From the NCBI GenBank assembly GCA_963743045.1, contig CAVUOF010000009.1, positions 63,829-127,828 of the forward strand: a stretch of 64,000 nucleotides of DNA, given 5' to 3'. This DNA is from an uncultured Acidobacteriota bacterium (GTDB lineage Bacteria; Acidobacteriota; Blastocatellia; RBC074). The notes under the pieces are model-generated. The model was not told where the DNA came from. It ran no database searches and was given only the letters and a program-made list of their open reading frames with translations. Shown here piece after piece: positions 38,627-47,025 of the stretch (the stretch's first letter is position 1; every line of letters starts with the position of its first letter). Both the position numbers and the translations under genes were made by a program.

Positions 38627-39824
38627 ATGAACAAGGCGCTTGCAATAGTCTTTTTCATCCTCTGGCCGTCACTGGCTCGCGCCCAGCACCCAACTCGCTA
38701 GAGTATTCCTTCTCGATGCGAAGCAGCTGCAGGCAACCAGGGAGCGCATCAAAGCCGGCGATCAGACCCTCGCACCCGCGCTCGACAAGCTCGACCGCGA
38801 GGTGCAGCAGCTGACTCACGCCTCGGCCCCCTCAGTTACGACGAAGCAAGTCACGCCACCCAGCGGTGACAAGCATGACTACATGAGCCAGGCGCCCTAT
38901 TTCTGGCCCGACCCCTCCAAGCCGAACGGCCTCCCGTACATCCGTCGCGATGGCGAGCGCAATCCTGAGATCAACAAGATCTCCGACCATCAATCGATGG
39001 ACCAGATGGTCACTGGTGTTGAGACGCTTGCCCTCGCCTACTACCTGAAAGGCAACGAGGCTTACGCTGCCCAAGCAAGACGGATGCTGCTTGCATGGTT
39101 TCTCGAACCTGCTACTCGCATGAATCCAAATCTGGAGTACGCCCAGGGCATACCGGGAATCAATACGGGACGCGGCATCGGTCTCATTGAAACCCGCGGT
39201 TTGGCTCGGGTGGTCGATGCTGTCGGCCTGCTCGCCGGCTCGAAAGCCTGGACAGAAGCCGACCAACGAGGTGTCGAGGATTGGTTCTCGCGCTTCCTCA
39301 AATGGATGCTGGAGAGCAAAAATGGCCGCGATGAAGCGGCCTCAAAGAACAATCACGGGACTTTCTACGACGTGCAGGTTGCCTCCTATGCACTCTTCAC
39401 CGGCAATCAGGTCCTTGCGGTCAGGGTGCTCCAGGAAGCCAGGCAAAAGAGAATTGCGGTCCAGGTCGAACCGGATGGCCGGCAGCCACTCGAACTTGAG
39501 CGCACACGGTCGTGGAGTTACAGCGTCATGAATCTCGAGGGCTTGATGCAGCTCGCCCTGCTCGGAGGGCAAGCTGGAGTGGATCTTTGGCATTTTCAGT
39601 CATCTGACGGCCGCGGCATCCGCAAGGCCCTCGATTTTCTCGTGCCGGTTGCTCTCGGCGAACGGAAATGGGGCAATCAGCAGTTGGGAGAGTTGCAGCC
39701 ACAAGCACTCATTCCAAGTCTGCGTCTGGCTTCGATCGAATATCGTGAAGCTCAATACGCCGCGATAGCGAGCAGGCTCGGAGCCGTTAACGCCTCCGAT
39801 CGGAGCACTCTTCTAGCGCCGTGA
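38627..39824 (+). pseudogene. alginate lyase family (PF05426-like) polysaccharide lyase, secreted; one frame change after the signal peptide
   Basis: ATG at 38627 (MNKALAIVFFILWPSLARAQ). From about 38690 it continues in the frame of ORF 38802..39824: VFLLDAKQLQATRERIKAG...KHDYMSQAPYFWPDPSKPNGLPYIRRDGERNPE...NNHGTFYD. Confidence 0.7.
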
Positions 39825-39828
39825 GACG

Positions 39829-39957
39829 GTGCCCCAGGCTGGAACCGTGCCGCAGGCTGTCCAGCCTGCGGCAGCTCTCATAAGAGGCTCGCCTTCAAAT
39901 CGATTAGCCTATCGCGCATTTTGCCGCAGGCTGGACAGCCTGCGGCACGGTTCCAGG
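39829..39957. repeat. R2 element with extended arms
   Basis: GTGCCCCAGGCTGGAACCGTGCCGCAGGCTGTCCAGCCTGCGGC ... GCCGCAGGCTGGACAGCCTGCGGCACGGTTCCAGG. It lies between convergent genes. Confidence 0.9.
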
Positions 39958-39966
39958 CGATGGTGG

Positions 39967-40791
39967 TCAGACAGCGCTCTGCAGTTCGGTGTTGCCTACC
40001 GCGTGACGGCTGAACTCCTGTGGCACGAACTCCTCTTCAAGCCAGATCGACTGAAGAGTCGAGGCGTAAAGTTCAGAGTAATGCTCCCTGACAACCTCTC
40101 GAACCATCGGGTCTTTATAGATACGAATGCACGCCTGGCACTTGTGGGCATACATTCCGTCCCACTTGATGTTCTCGTTCTTGCTGGCGGCCCAGGCCAG
40201 AATCCTCTCCGGACCCCTGTAGTGCAGCAGCACCTTGAAGAAGTCGTTTTCCGAATCTTCGATCGCATTTGCCAGAAAATCGTCGCCCTTCGCCTCGCCG
40301 ACGTTTAGCTCCTTTATCAATCGCATTCCGAGGCCGCAGCACGAGGCTACCCTTCCGTCTCCAGCCAGCACGTATGTCTGAAGAACGCTATCGCACCCTT
40401 TCTTGACGTGAACGTTCTCGGAAGTTGCGGCCATTCCATCCGGATAGCGCTCGTGTTTCGAGGGATTGAGAGGCATCCACGGGCTCTCGATGATATTCAC
40501 AAAAGCGATGGTCTCGGGCGACTGGCATTGGATAAGCGGATGCTCCAGCAGCGTCTCCCGGGTGATTCTTCTTTCAGCGCGAAGCTCAATCATCACCGAA
40601 ACGCTCGACACCTGAGACACAGCCGCGACAACTGCCCGAGCCACATTGTCCAGCGGGATGAAACGAACGTGTTCGTCGCCGGTACTGAAGTTCAGCTCAT
40701 TCAGACCGGCATCGACCAGTAGCCGGACGCGCCGTGCCGACTCTGCCGCCGATGTAGCCCAATAGGCATTCGTCACCAGCCTCGTCTTCAA
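39967..40791 (-). CDS. radical-SAM-like TIM-barrel C-terminal half plus SPASM/twitch-like Cys domain; the CxxxCxxC SAM-cluster segment is absent
   Basis: TRLVTNAYW...LVDAGLNELNFSTGDEH...VSVMIELR resembles radical SAM strands beta3-5. CDSVLQTYVLAGDGRVASCC fits CX12GX4C, and there is a later CQAC. TTG start at 40791 overlaps the upstream stop. No CxxxCxxC in any frame of the 5' flank. Confidence 0.5.
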   Translation of the reverse strand: MKTRLVTNAYWATSAAESARRVRLLVDAGLNELNFSTGDEHVRFIPLDNVARAVVAAVSQVSSVSVMIELRAERRITRETLLEHPLIQCQSPETIAFVNIIESPWMPLNPSKHERYPDGMAATSENVHVKKGCDSVLQTYVLAGDGRVASCCGLGMRLIKELNVGEAKGDDFLANAIEDSENDFFKVLLHYRGPERILAWAASKNENIKWDGMYAHKCQACIRIYKDPMVREVVREHYSELYASTLQSIWLEEEFVPQEFSRHAVGNTELQSAV

Positions 40792-41159
40792 ACCTCTGCA
40801 AACGCGGCGGTGAACTCTTTGAGGATTTGGGCCTTGTCCCCAACCTGCCAGGTCCCAATAGCGGGCAGCGTCTCAATCAGTCCGGTCAGACGCGGGTCGG
40901 TGCTATTCTGATGCCGCTCGAGGAATTCGAAGAATTTCGGATTCGAGACGATAGAGAACAACAGCCGGTTGGCGGCCGAATCATCCTGGGTAGTTTCGAG
41001 ATCGGAGTGAGTAAAGGTAAACATCGCCCGCATGACGCCGGAGGGATTATTGAAAAAGCTTTCCCTTGCCATTGGGCTTGAGGACAGCAGATCAAAGAGG
41101 GCCTTGGTCTCCTGACGAAAAGAGTTGTGTTTGAGCAAAAGCAAAGATTCGGTCTTCAT
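40788..41159 (-). CDS. Cys-free hypothetical protein (123 aa), translationally coupled to or frameshift-separated from the radical-SAM-like ORF
   Basis: AGGAG lies 7 nt before the ATG at 41159 (MKTESLLLLKHNSFRQETKALFDLL...). It ends ...AQILKEFTAAFAEV* one base out of frame with KTRLVTNAYW of the next ORF. Confidence 0.45.
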   Translation of the reverse strand: MKTESLLLLKHNSFRQETKALFDLLSSSPMARESFFNNPSGVMRAMFTFTHSDLETTQDDSAANRLLFSIVSNPKFFEFLERHQNSTDPRLTGLIETLPAIGTWQVGDKAQILKEFTAAFAEV

Positions 41160-41480
41160 TTTCAGTCTCCTTCTCAATCGATGGCTGCTCGCTTAGTTGA
41201 GCTCGCCGGTTAATGTCTCCTCGCTCGTTCGAGCGATCGTCGTTGTTCTTCCGACGACGCGCGGTAGATTAGTCGAGGAACTCGGAGGCTGCACCACCAA
41301 GGCAAGTAGCCTCGTTGGATCGATCAGAGGGCTGAGACAAGTGGTCGATACTTTGGGCGGAATGCTTGCAATGGAAAGCTTTGTGCGTCTGATGTCCCTC
41401 GCTCATGTGAACGACGACAAATCGGAGGGAGCACACGAGACTACTTGAACTTGTAGCGCGCGTGCGGAGATAAGCAGTCT

Positions 41481-41939
41481 ATGACGACTTTACGACTGGC
41501 CGGACCGGATGATGCCCCGGCCCTCGCGGAGATCCGCTATCGGTTTAGAGCAGCGGAGCAGGAGCCGGCTGAAGGCAGAATTGAATTCGTTGCCAGGTGC
41601 GCTTCATGGATGTCTTCGCGGCTGGCGGCACGAACGCCCTGGCGATGTTGGATAGCTGAAGCGGATGGGAGAGTCGTCGGAACGATCTGGCTTCAAATCA
41701 TAGAGAAGCTTCCGAATCCGGTCGACGAAGCCGAGATTCATGGCTACATCTCCAGTGTGTATGTTGAGCCCGCGATGCGCGGTTCCGGGATTGGATCGAT
41801 GCTCCTGGATGCCTGCATAGATGCGTGCTCCAGGGAGGATGTCGACGCACTGATACTCTGGCCAACGCAGCGTAGCAGGAGTCTCTACGAGCGTTACGGC
41901 TTTGCGGTGCGGGATGATCTGCTTGAAAGACGCCTATAA
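41481..41939 (+). CDS. GNAT family N-acetyltransferase
   Basis: Intact 152 aa: VVGTIWLQIIEKLPNP...YISSVYVEPAMRGSGIGSMLLDACIDACS...LILWPTQRSRSLYERYGF. Confidence 0.8.
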   Translation: MTTLRLAGPDDAPALAEIRYRFRAAEQEPAEGRIEFVARCASWMSSRLAARTPWRCWIAEADGRVVGTIWLQIIEKLPNPVDEAEIHGYISSVYVEPAMRGSGIGSMLLDACIDACSREDVDALILWPTQRSRSLYERYGFAVRDDLLERRL

Positions 41940-41973
41940 GAGCGTGTCTGGAAAAAAGTATGGCCCACCAAGG

Positions 41974-42102
41974 GAGCAATTTGGAGTGCGGCGACTTGTC
42001 GCCGCTTTAAGTTACCTGTGTGCACGGAGTGGGACTCTCAGCTCCAATGCAGCCGCCGGTAACTAAAAGCGGCGACAAGTCGCCGCACTCCAAATTGCTT
42101 CC
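41974..42102. repeat. R1 element
   Basis: GAGCAATTTGGAGTGCGGCGACTTGTCGCCGCTTTAAGTTACCTG ... CCGGTAACTAAAAGCGGCGACAAGTCGCCGCACTCCAAATTGCTTCC. It lies between convergent gene ends (41939 and 42124). Confidence 0.9.
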
Positions 42103-42123
42103 TTGAATAGACCCCATCGAGGG

Positions 42124-42405
42124 CTAGCTCCAGATTTGCAGGAGCTCTCGCGTTCCGGTTATCCAGTGGTCCGTGTAGCCGGCCAGCTTTTCGCGGAGAA
42201 CCTTGTTGTTGGCGTAGTCCTGCAGGCGAGCCTCGAACTCGACCAGGTTCTCGACCTCGAATTCCAGAAAGACGCGATTGAACTCGCCGGTCAGGTCCGT
42301 GAGAACGCGGTGGTTGGGGATTTCGGCGGCCGCAGCCTTCACCTGAGCGGCAAGCTTGCTGGCCTGTCCGGGTTTTGCGACAAAACAGTTTCGTACCAAT
42401 ATCAA
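42124..42405 (-). CDS. small dimeric alpha/beta-barrel (NIPSNAP/Dabb-like) protein
   Basis: Intact 93 aa: MILVRNCFVAKPGQASKLAAQVKAAAAEIP...FLEFEVENLVEFEARLQDYANN. It starts 12 nt downstream of the preceding gene. Confidence 0.5.
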   Translation of the reverse strand: MILVRNCFVAKPGQASKLAAQVKAAAAEIPNHRVLTDLTGEFNRVFLEFEVENLVEFEARLQDYANNKVLREKLAGYTDHWITGTRELLQIWS

Positions 42406-42417
42406 AAGAAGCCTCCT

Positions 42418-42861
42418 TTATGTAGGGCGCACGTTCCATCCGGCGAAGGGCTTCACCGTCGCGCATGACGGCCCGCCATCTCTGCCCGTACCTGGAACGC
42501 GCGCTTCGAGGACCGAGTCGGAATTGATCGATATCTGATCAATCATTTCCCAGGTGATACCGCGGAGCGGGATCTTAAGCCGCCGGCTCCAGCAAGAGTC
42601 CGCCTGGCCGGCATAGGTTCCTATGTCGATGTAGACGAATCGCTCGCCGGGCGGACCCTGCACAAATGGGCCCAGGAAGTTGGGTGCGGCATCGCTGCGC
42701 TCACCTCTTGCGCGGACGGTAAAACTGAACTGCAGGTCCCTGCTCCCTGAGCGTTGTGTCTGGATGGTCGTGTAATCGTTGCCGCGCCCGCTCTGCAAGC
42801 CGAAATCCACGCCGGCGGGTGGCTTCTCGAGGACTATTCGCAGCGTCACTTCACGTTCCAT
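42418..42861 (-). CDS. conserved hypothetical protein (resembles DUF5990-type proteins, from memory)
   Basis: Intact 147 aa: LRIVLEKPPAGVDFGLQSGRG...FLGPFVQGPPGERFVYIDIGTYAGQADSCWSRRLKIPL...GTGRDGGPSCATV. Confidence 0.45.
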   Translation of the reverse strand: MEREVTLRIVLEKPPAGVDFGLQSGRGNDYTTIQTQRSGSRDLQFSFTVRARGERSDAAPNFLGPFVQGPPGERFVYIDIGTYAGQADSCWSRRLKIPLRGITWEMIDQISINSDSVLEARVPGTGRDGGPSCATVKPFAGWNVRPT

Positions 42862-42890
42862 ATTTGGAGGGCGGCAACCCGTCGCCGCAC
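42862..42890. repeat. degenerate R1 solo arm
   Basis: ATTTGGAGGGCGGCAACCCGTCGCCGCAC fills the 35-nt gap between the kinase stop and the next start. Confidence 0.6.
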
Positions 42891-42896
42891 TGTCGA

Positions 42897-45800
42897 TCAG
42901 GTTGTTTGTTTGAGTTGGGACTCAGCGTTACGCAGATCCAATGTGTCGAGACCTTCAGTAAACCAATTGAATATTGACGACAAGGCCTCTCGCGCCTCAA
43001 CCTTCAGTCGTCTCTCTAATAGCAATTTGCTAAGACTCGTCGCGGCACGCAGTTCGAGCGACCTCGCACTTTGCATCTGCGCGTTCTCTATTGCGTGTCG
43101 GAAACAGAATTCGGCCTGCCCGATTTCTGATGACTCAGATTCCTGCTTCGAGGCGGCCCGATCACTCGCAGTATTCTCAAGTTCGCGTTTGTAATATGCG
43201 GCAAGTAGTAATTCACCCTTGACCCGATAGGCTTCTGAATAGACATTACGCTCCTCGGTGCCTTCGACGATTGTTAATGCCTTGTCAATGACTATAAGCC
43301 CCTCATCGATCTTTCCGGCGGCCAACAACGCATCGCTGAGCATCACTAAATAATAGGGCATGTCGATCTGGGCTCCCATTCTCGTTATTGCGTCGATCCC
43401 CTGTCGAATAAGAGCGATACCGATCTCAGTGTCTCCTTGCTTAGAAAGAGTATAACCCTTGAGTATGAAACCGACAGCCAACCAGTTGCGGAACCCGTGT
43501 TGTTGCGATAGCTCGATTAGTCGATCGATGTGTTGCAGGCTCAAATGCCATTCTCCTCGGCGAGTGTGGAGGTTGCTTGCCCACAAAAGAGCATACGCCG
43601 CGCTGAAGTGGTGAGACCGCTCGTTGGCTCTGGCAACAGCGCTATTCGTGCTGACTAATGCCTGGTCGGGATATCCCAGCTTCCACGATATGTCTCCCAT
43701 GACCGAGAGGGATAGGACCACAATATCGAGAACATACGGCACAGCTAGTGCCTGGGTCATATGAGGCTGAACAAGGCTCAGAGTCTGCGTGAGGTCAGCT
43801 CGGGATGCGAGGAACTCACCCCGAAAGAATAACACGAACCCACGCATCGACAGGGCTTCGGCTATCAGAGATTCGCGCCCGTCCGCATGCGAAAGCTGAA
43901 TAAGCTGGTCCGCAATTGTGCGCGCCGTAACCAGATCTCCTTTATTGCAGTAAAACGCCCCAAGCGCTCGCAGGATGCGGAACATAGGAGAGTCATCCTC
44001 AAGCTCCGAGCAGAGAGCGTGGGCTCGTTCAAAAACGCTCTCAGCTTCGGGAGAGGAATAGCCATCAAGGGCCATTGAAGCGAACCCCAAGGTGCTCAAC
44101 AGGCGGATTTCTTCATTCCTATGTTCGCCCCTATGTTCATCGGATGCTGGCGTATCTGTGAGCAGCTCCAATCCGTGTCGAGATAGCTTGGCTGCTTCCT
44201 GATAAGCAAAGAGGCTGGCCGCGTTCTGAGCCGCAACGAGAAAGTAGTGGGCAGCGGGCCCCGGCTCGCGAGCAGTCTCAAACAGGTAGGCGACTTCAAT
44301 GGCGATAGCGCCGAGCTGGCCCCCATAATATTTCAATAATACCTGCGCCATTTTCCCGCACAGTGATGCTCTGCGGGCCGGCCTGAGCGAACTGTAAAAA
44401 GCATTTTGATACAATCCGTGTCGAAAGCGATAACGAACGGTAAGAGTCCGGTCAGGAAACTCTTGTTCACGCACCAACTCGATGAATTCGTAAATCTTTT
44501 CAAGAACGTCTAAACGCTCTTCCACTTCAGGGGCGGCCAGACCCATCACTGCGGCTACGACGGCCGAGTCAAATTCAGATCCCTGGATGCTTGCTGTTAA
44601 TAACAGGCGTCGGTCGTCTACGCTGAGTTGCCCAATCTTGCGCTCAATCAGAGCGCGCACCGATTCTGGCAATCCGACTTCGAGATCAGGAACGGATTGA
44701 CTGACCTGCCATCGGCTGTTGATTTCGGTCAAAACCCCGCGCTTCTTCAGATAGTCCAGGAGATTGACCATAAAGAGCGGGTTGCCCTCCGTTCTCGAGT
44801 GGACGAGGGCCGGGAAGGCAGCAGGCAATTCATGGCCTGGGAATTGCCGATCGATATAGCGTTGGACGTCGCCAAGTGTCAGGAACTCCAGGCTTATGTC
44901 CCGGCAGAGACTCCGTGCTTGTAAGTCGAGTTTGATCTGAATGAAGTCATGTTTTCGTAGGAGTAATTCGGACTGACGATAGGAAAGAATAACTAAAATG
45001 CGCATTGATTCAAATCTCCTGGCTAAATAGGCCAGGAGCTCGACGGTAGCAGAGTCGGCCCAATGAATATCATCCAGAAATAGAATCAATGGATAGTCGC
45101 GAGAAACCGATTGAAGTAACACACAGATCTCACGTTTGAGTCGCTCTGACGATGCCGCGCGGATATTCGGTGTTGCCGCACCGCTGTCTGAGACAGGATT
45201 CAATTGGGCATACCACGTGGGTGCTAATGTTCGGATCGATACGATAAGGGATCTGTCTGTGCTACTGTTAACAAGACTTTCAAGGGCTTCGATTACTGGA
45301 AGATAAGCCTCGGCACCCGCCAGGCGCTCGGAACAGCGGCCATATGCGACGAGGCATGGCAAGTTTGTAGAGGCTACTTCTTTAAGAAACTCATCAACCA
45401 AAGTCGTCTTGCCGATACCGGCTTCGCCTATAGCACAGATAATCTGACTCTTGCCCGATATCGCGAGCTGCAGTGCTGCCCTCAGTTCCGCGCGATCATG
45501 TTCTCGCCCAACCGTATGACCTCCGCCTTCCGTTGATATTCGAACACGATGATCAAAGATTTGGCCGCTGGGATCCTGCTCACGGAGCTCGCCATAGTCT
45601 TTTAGTCCGCGTAGTTCTGTAAGAAGTTCTGTGGCCGACTGGTGTCTCTCCTCTCTCTTCTTTGCCAGCGCCTTCATGACGACCCGTCGCAAGTCGGTCG
45701 AAGTTCCTGGACCTGACTCATCAGGCCAATGTGGCTCTGACATAAGGATTGCGGCGATAGTGTCGACTTCTGATGGTCCGTGAAAGGGCGGTTGGCCAGT

Positions 45801-46787
45801 GAGCATCTCATAGAGGACGATGCCCAGGCTAAAGATGTCGCTACGAGCATCCACGGTTCTTGCTCGAGCCTGCTCAGGCGAGAGATAGCGCGTACTGCCA
45901 AGAATAACGCCTGACAACGTTTGGATCTCGGGCAGGAGCGTGGTGGAACTGTCTACTGGATGTGACCGGCCCTCAATCAGTTTCGCGAGGCCGAAGTCGA
46001 GAACTTTCACATATCCATCAGGCCTGATCATGATGTTCTCAGGCTTAATGTCGCGATGCACGATTCCGGCGCCGTGGGCCGCTTCTAACGCCCTGGCAAC
46101 TTGTAGGGAAATACCGATGGCCTCAGCCGCCGGCAATCGCCGGCTTCGCATCAGGCGGCGCAGCGTTTGTCCCTCAACGTACTCAGTAACAACAAAAGGA
46201 GTTCCATCGGCATCACCGATCTCGTGAATGGTGATAATGTTGGGATGATTAAGAATGGAGACAGCGCGGGCTTCCTGCTCGAACCTGCGAACCCTTTGCT
46301 CTTCCAATCCAAACACGGGAGGCAGCACCTTGATGGCCACCTTTCGACCGAGTCTGGAATCGCGGGCTAGATACACTTCACCCATTCCCCCGACTCCGAG
46401 CAGCGAGATGATCGTGTACGAACCTATTGCTGTACCGGCTTGGAAGCGCTCCTGATCAGCGCTTGACGCTCCTCGTTCAAGGACCGCCGGCTTCTGAAAG
46501 ACAGTTTTCGCTTGATCATAGGTGGCCAACCGGTCTTCGACTGTTTGACGAACCAGTTGATCCAAAGAGGCTGTGTCAAGAAGTAGGCGTCGACGCTCGG
46601 AGGTGAGCTCCGCGAGAGACTCGAAGAGACTATCAATCTGATTCTGTTCCTCAGATGTCATAGACGGCGTAGGGATGTGCGCCACGAAACTCGGGGCTGG
46701 CTTTATCGGAATGCCTGCCTGATTATCCACAGCCAAACGTATTGGTAGTTCATTATTATGTTCACTAACCGCCACATGCTCAAGCAC
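42897..46787 (-). CDS. Ser/Thr protein kinase fused to a STAND-type ATPase (AAA_16-like) and C-terminal TPR array
   Basis: Intact 1296-aa ORF (alternative ATG at 46661). Kinase: GVGGMGEVYLARD, AIKVL, HRDIKPENIM, DFGLAK, YLSPEQ. Walker A: GEAGIGKTTLVDEF. Walker B: LILFLDDIHWADSATVELL. About 550 aa of TPR-like helices follow. GC is visibly lower than in neighbouring genes. Confidence 0.85.
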   Translation of the reverse strand: MLEHVAVSEHNNELPIRLAVDNQAGIPIKPAPSFVAHIPTPSMTSEEQNQIDSLFESLAELTSERRRLLLDTASLDQLVRQTVEDRLATYDQAKTVFQKPAVLERGASSADQERFQAGTAIGSYTIISLLGVGGMGEVYLARDSRLGRKVAIKVLPPVFGLEEQRVRRFEQEARAVSILNHPNIITIHEIGDADGTPFVVTEYVEGQTLRRLMRSRRLPAAEAIGISLQVARALEAAHGAGIVHRDIKPENIMIRPDGYVKVLDFGLAKLIEGRSHPVDSSTTLLPEIQTLSGVILGSTRYLSPEQARARTVDARSDIFSLGIVLYEMLTGQPPFHGPSEVDTIAAILMSEPHWPDESGPGTSTDLRRVVMKALAKKREERHQSATELLTELRGLKDYGELREQDPSGQIFDHRVRISTEGGGHTVGREHDRAELRAALQLAISGKSQIICAIGEAGIGKTTLVDEFLKEVASTNLPCLVAYGRCSERLAGAEAYLPVIEALESLVNSSTDRSLIVSIRTLAPTWYAQLNPVSDSGAATPNIRAASSERLKREICVLLQSVSRDYPLILFLDDIHWADSATVELLAYLARRFESMRILVILSYRQSELLLRKHDFIQIKLDLQARSLCRDISLEFLTLGDVQRYIDRQFPGHELPAAFPALVHSRTEGNPLFMVNLLDYLKKRGVLTEINSRWQVSQSVPDLEVGLPESVRALIERKIGQLSVDDRRLLLTASIQGSEFDSAVVAAVMGLAAPEVEERLDVLEKIYEFIELVREQEFPDRTLTVRYRFRHGLYQNAFYSSLRPARRASLCGKMAQVLLKYYGGQLGAIAIEVAYLFETAREPGPAAHYFLVAAQNAASLFAYQEAAKLSRHGLELLTDTPASDEHRGEHRNEEIRLLSTLGFASMALDGYSSPEAESVFERAHALCSELEDDSPMFRILRALGAFYCNKGDLVTARTIADQLIQLSHADGRESLIAEALSMRGFVLFFRGEFLASRADLTQTLSLVQPHMTQALAVPYVLDIVVLSLSVMGDISWKLGYPDQALVSTNSAVARANERSHHFSAAYALLWASNLHTRRGEWHLSLQHIDRLIELSQQHGFRNWLAVGFILKGYTLSKQGDTEIGIALIRQGIDAITRMGAQIDMPYYLVMLSDALLAAGKIDEGLIVIDKALTIVEGTEERNVYSEAYRVKGELLLAAYYKRELENTASDRAASKQESESSEIGQAEFCFRHAIENAQMQSARSLELRAATSLSKLLLERRLKVEAREALSSIFNWFTEGLDTLDLRNAESQLKQTT

Positions 46788-46820
46788 GCTACGCAGCGAT
46801 CAGATAGCGCTCGCGGCAGT

Positions 46821-46852
46821 AGCACGCGGGACGCGTGCGCTCCCAGGCAGGG
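46821..46852. repeat. R4 solo arm
   Basis: AGCACGCGGGACGCGTGCGCTCCCAGGCAGGG. Confidence 0.7.
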
Positions 46853-47025
46853 CTAGTTTCGATCAATCGCCGACCAGGCAGTATCGATTTCGCAGGTAGT
46901 TCAATCGGAACGCTCGGACTCTTCGGTCGCACCGAAGGTACAACATAGCTATCCGTGGGACGGCCATGTACTTTGGCGGGGCGTCGACCCGCGCTTTTGC
47001 GTTAGTTACCGTAGCAGTATCTAAT

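Noticed and set aside
41197-41448. The 83-aa plus-strand ORF in the gap between the radical-SAM-like operon and the GNAT gene.
   Set aside because: It has no RBS and no recognisable motif, and it overlaps an equally weak 45-aa minus-strand ORF. I treat the region as a divergent promoter region until shown otherwise.
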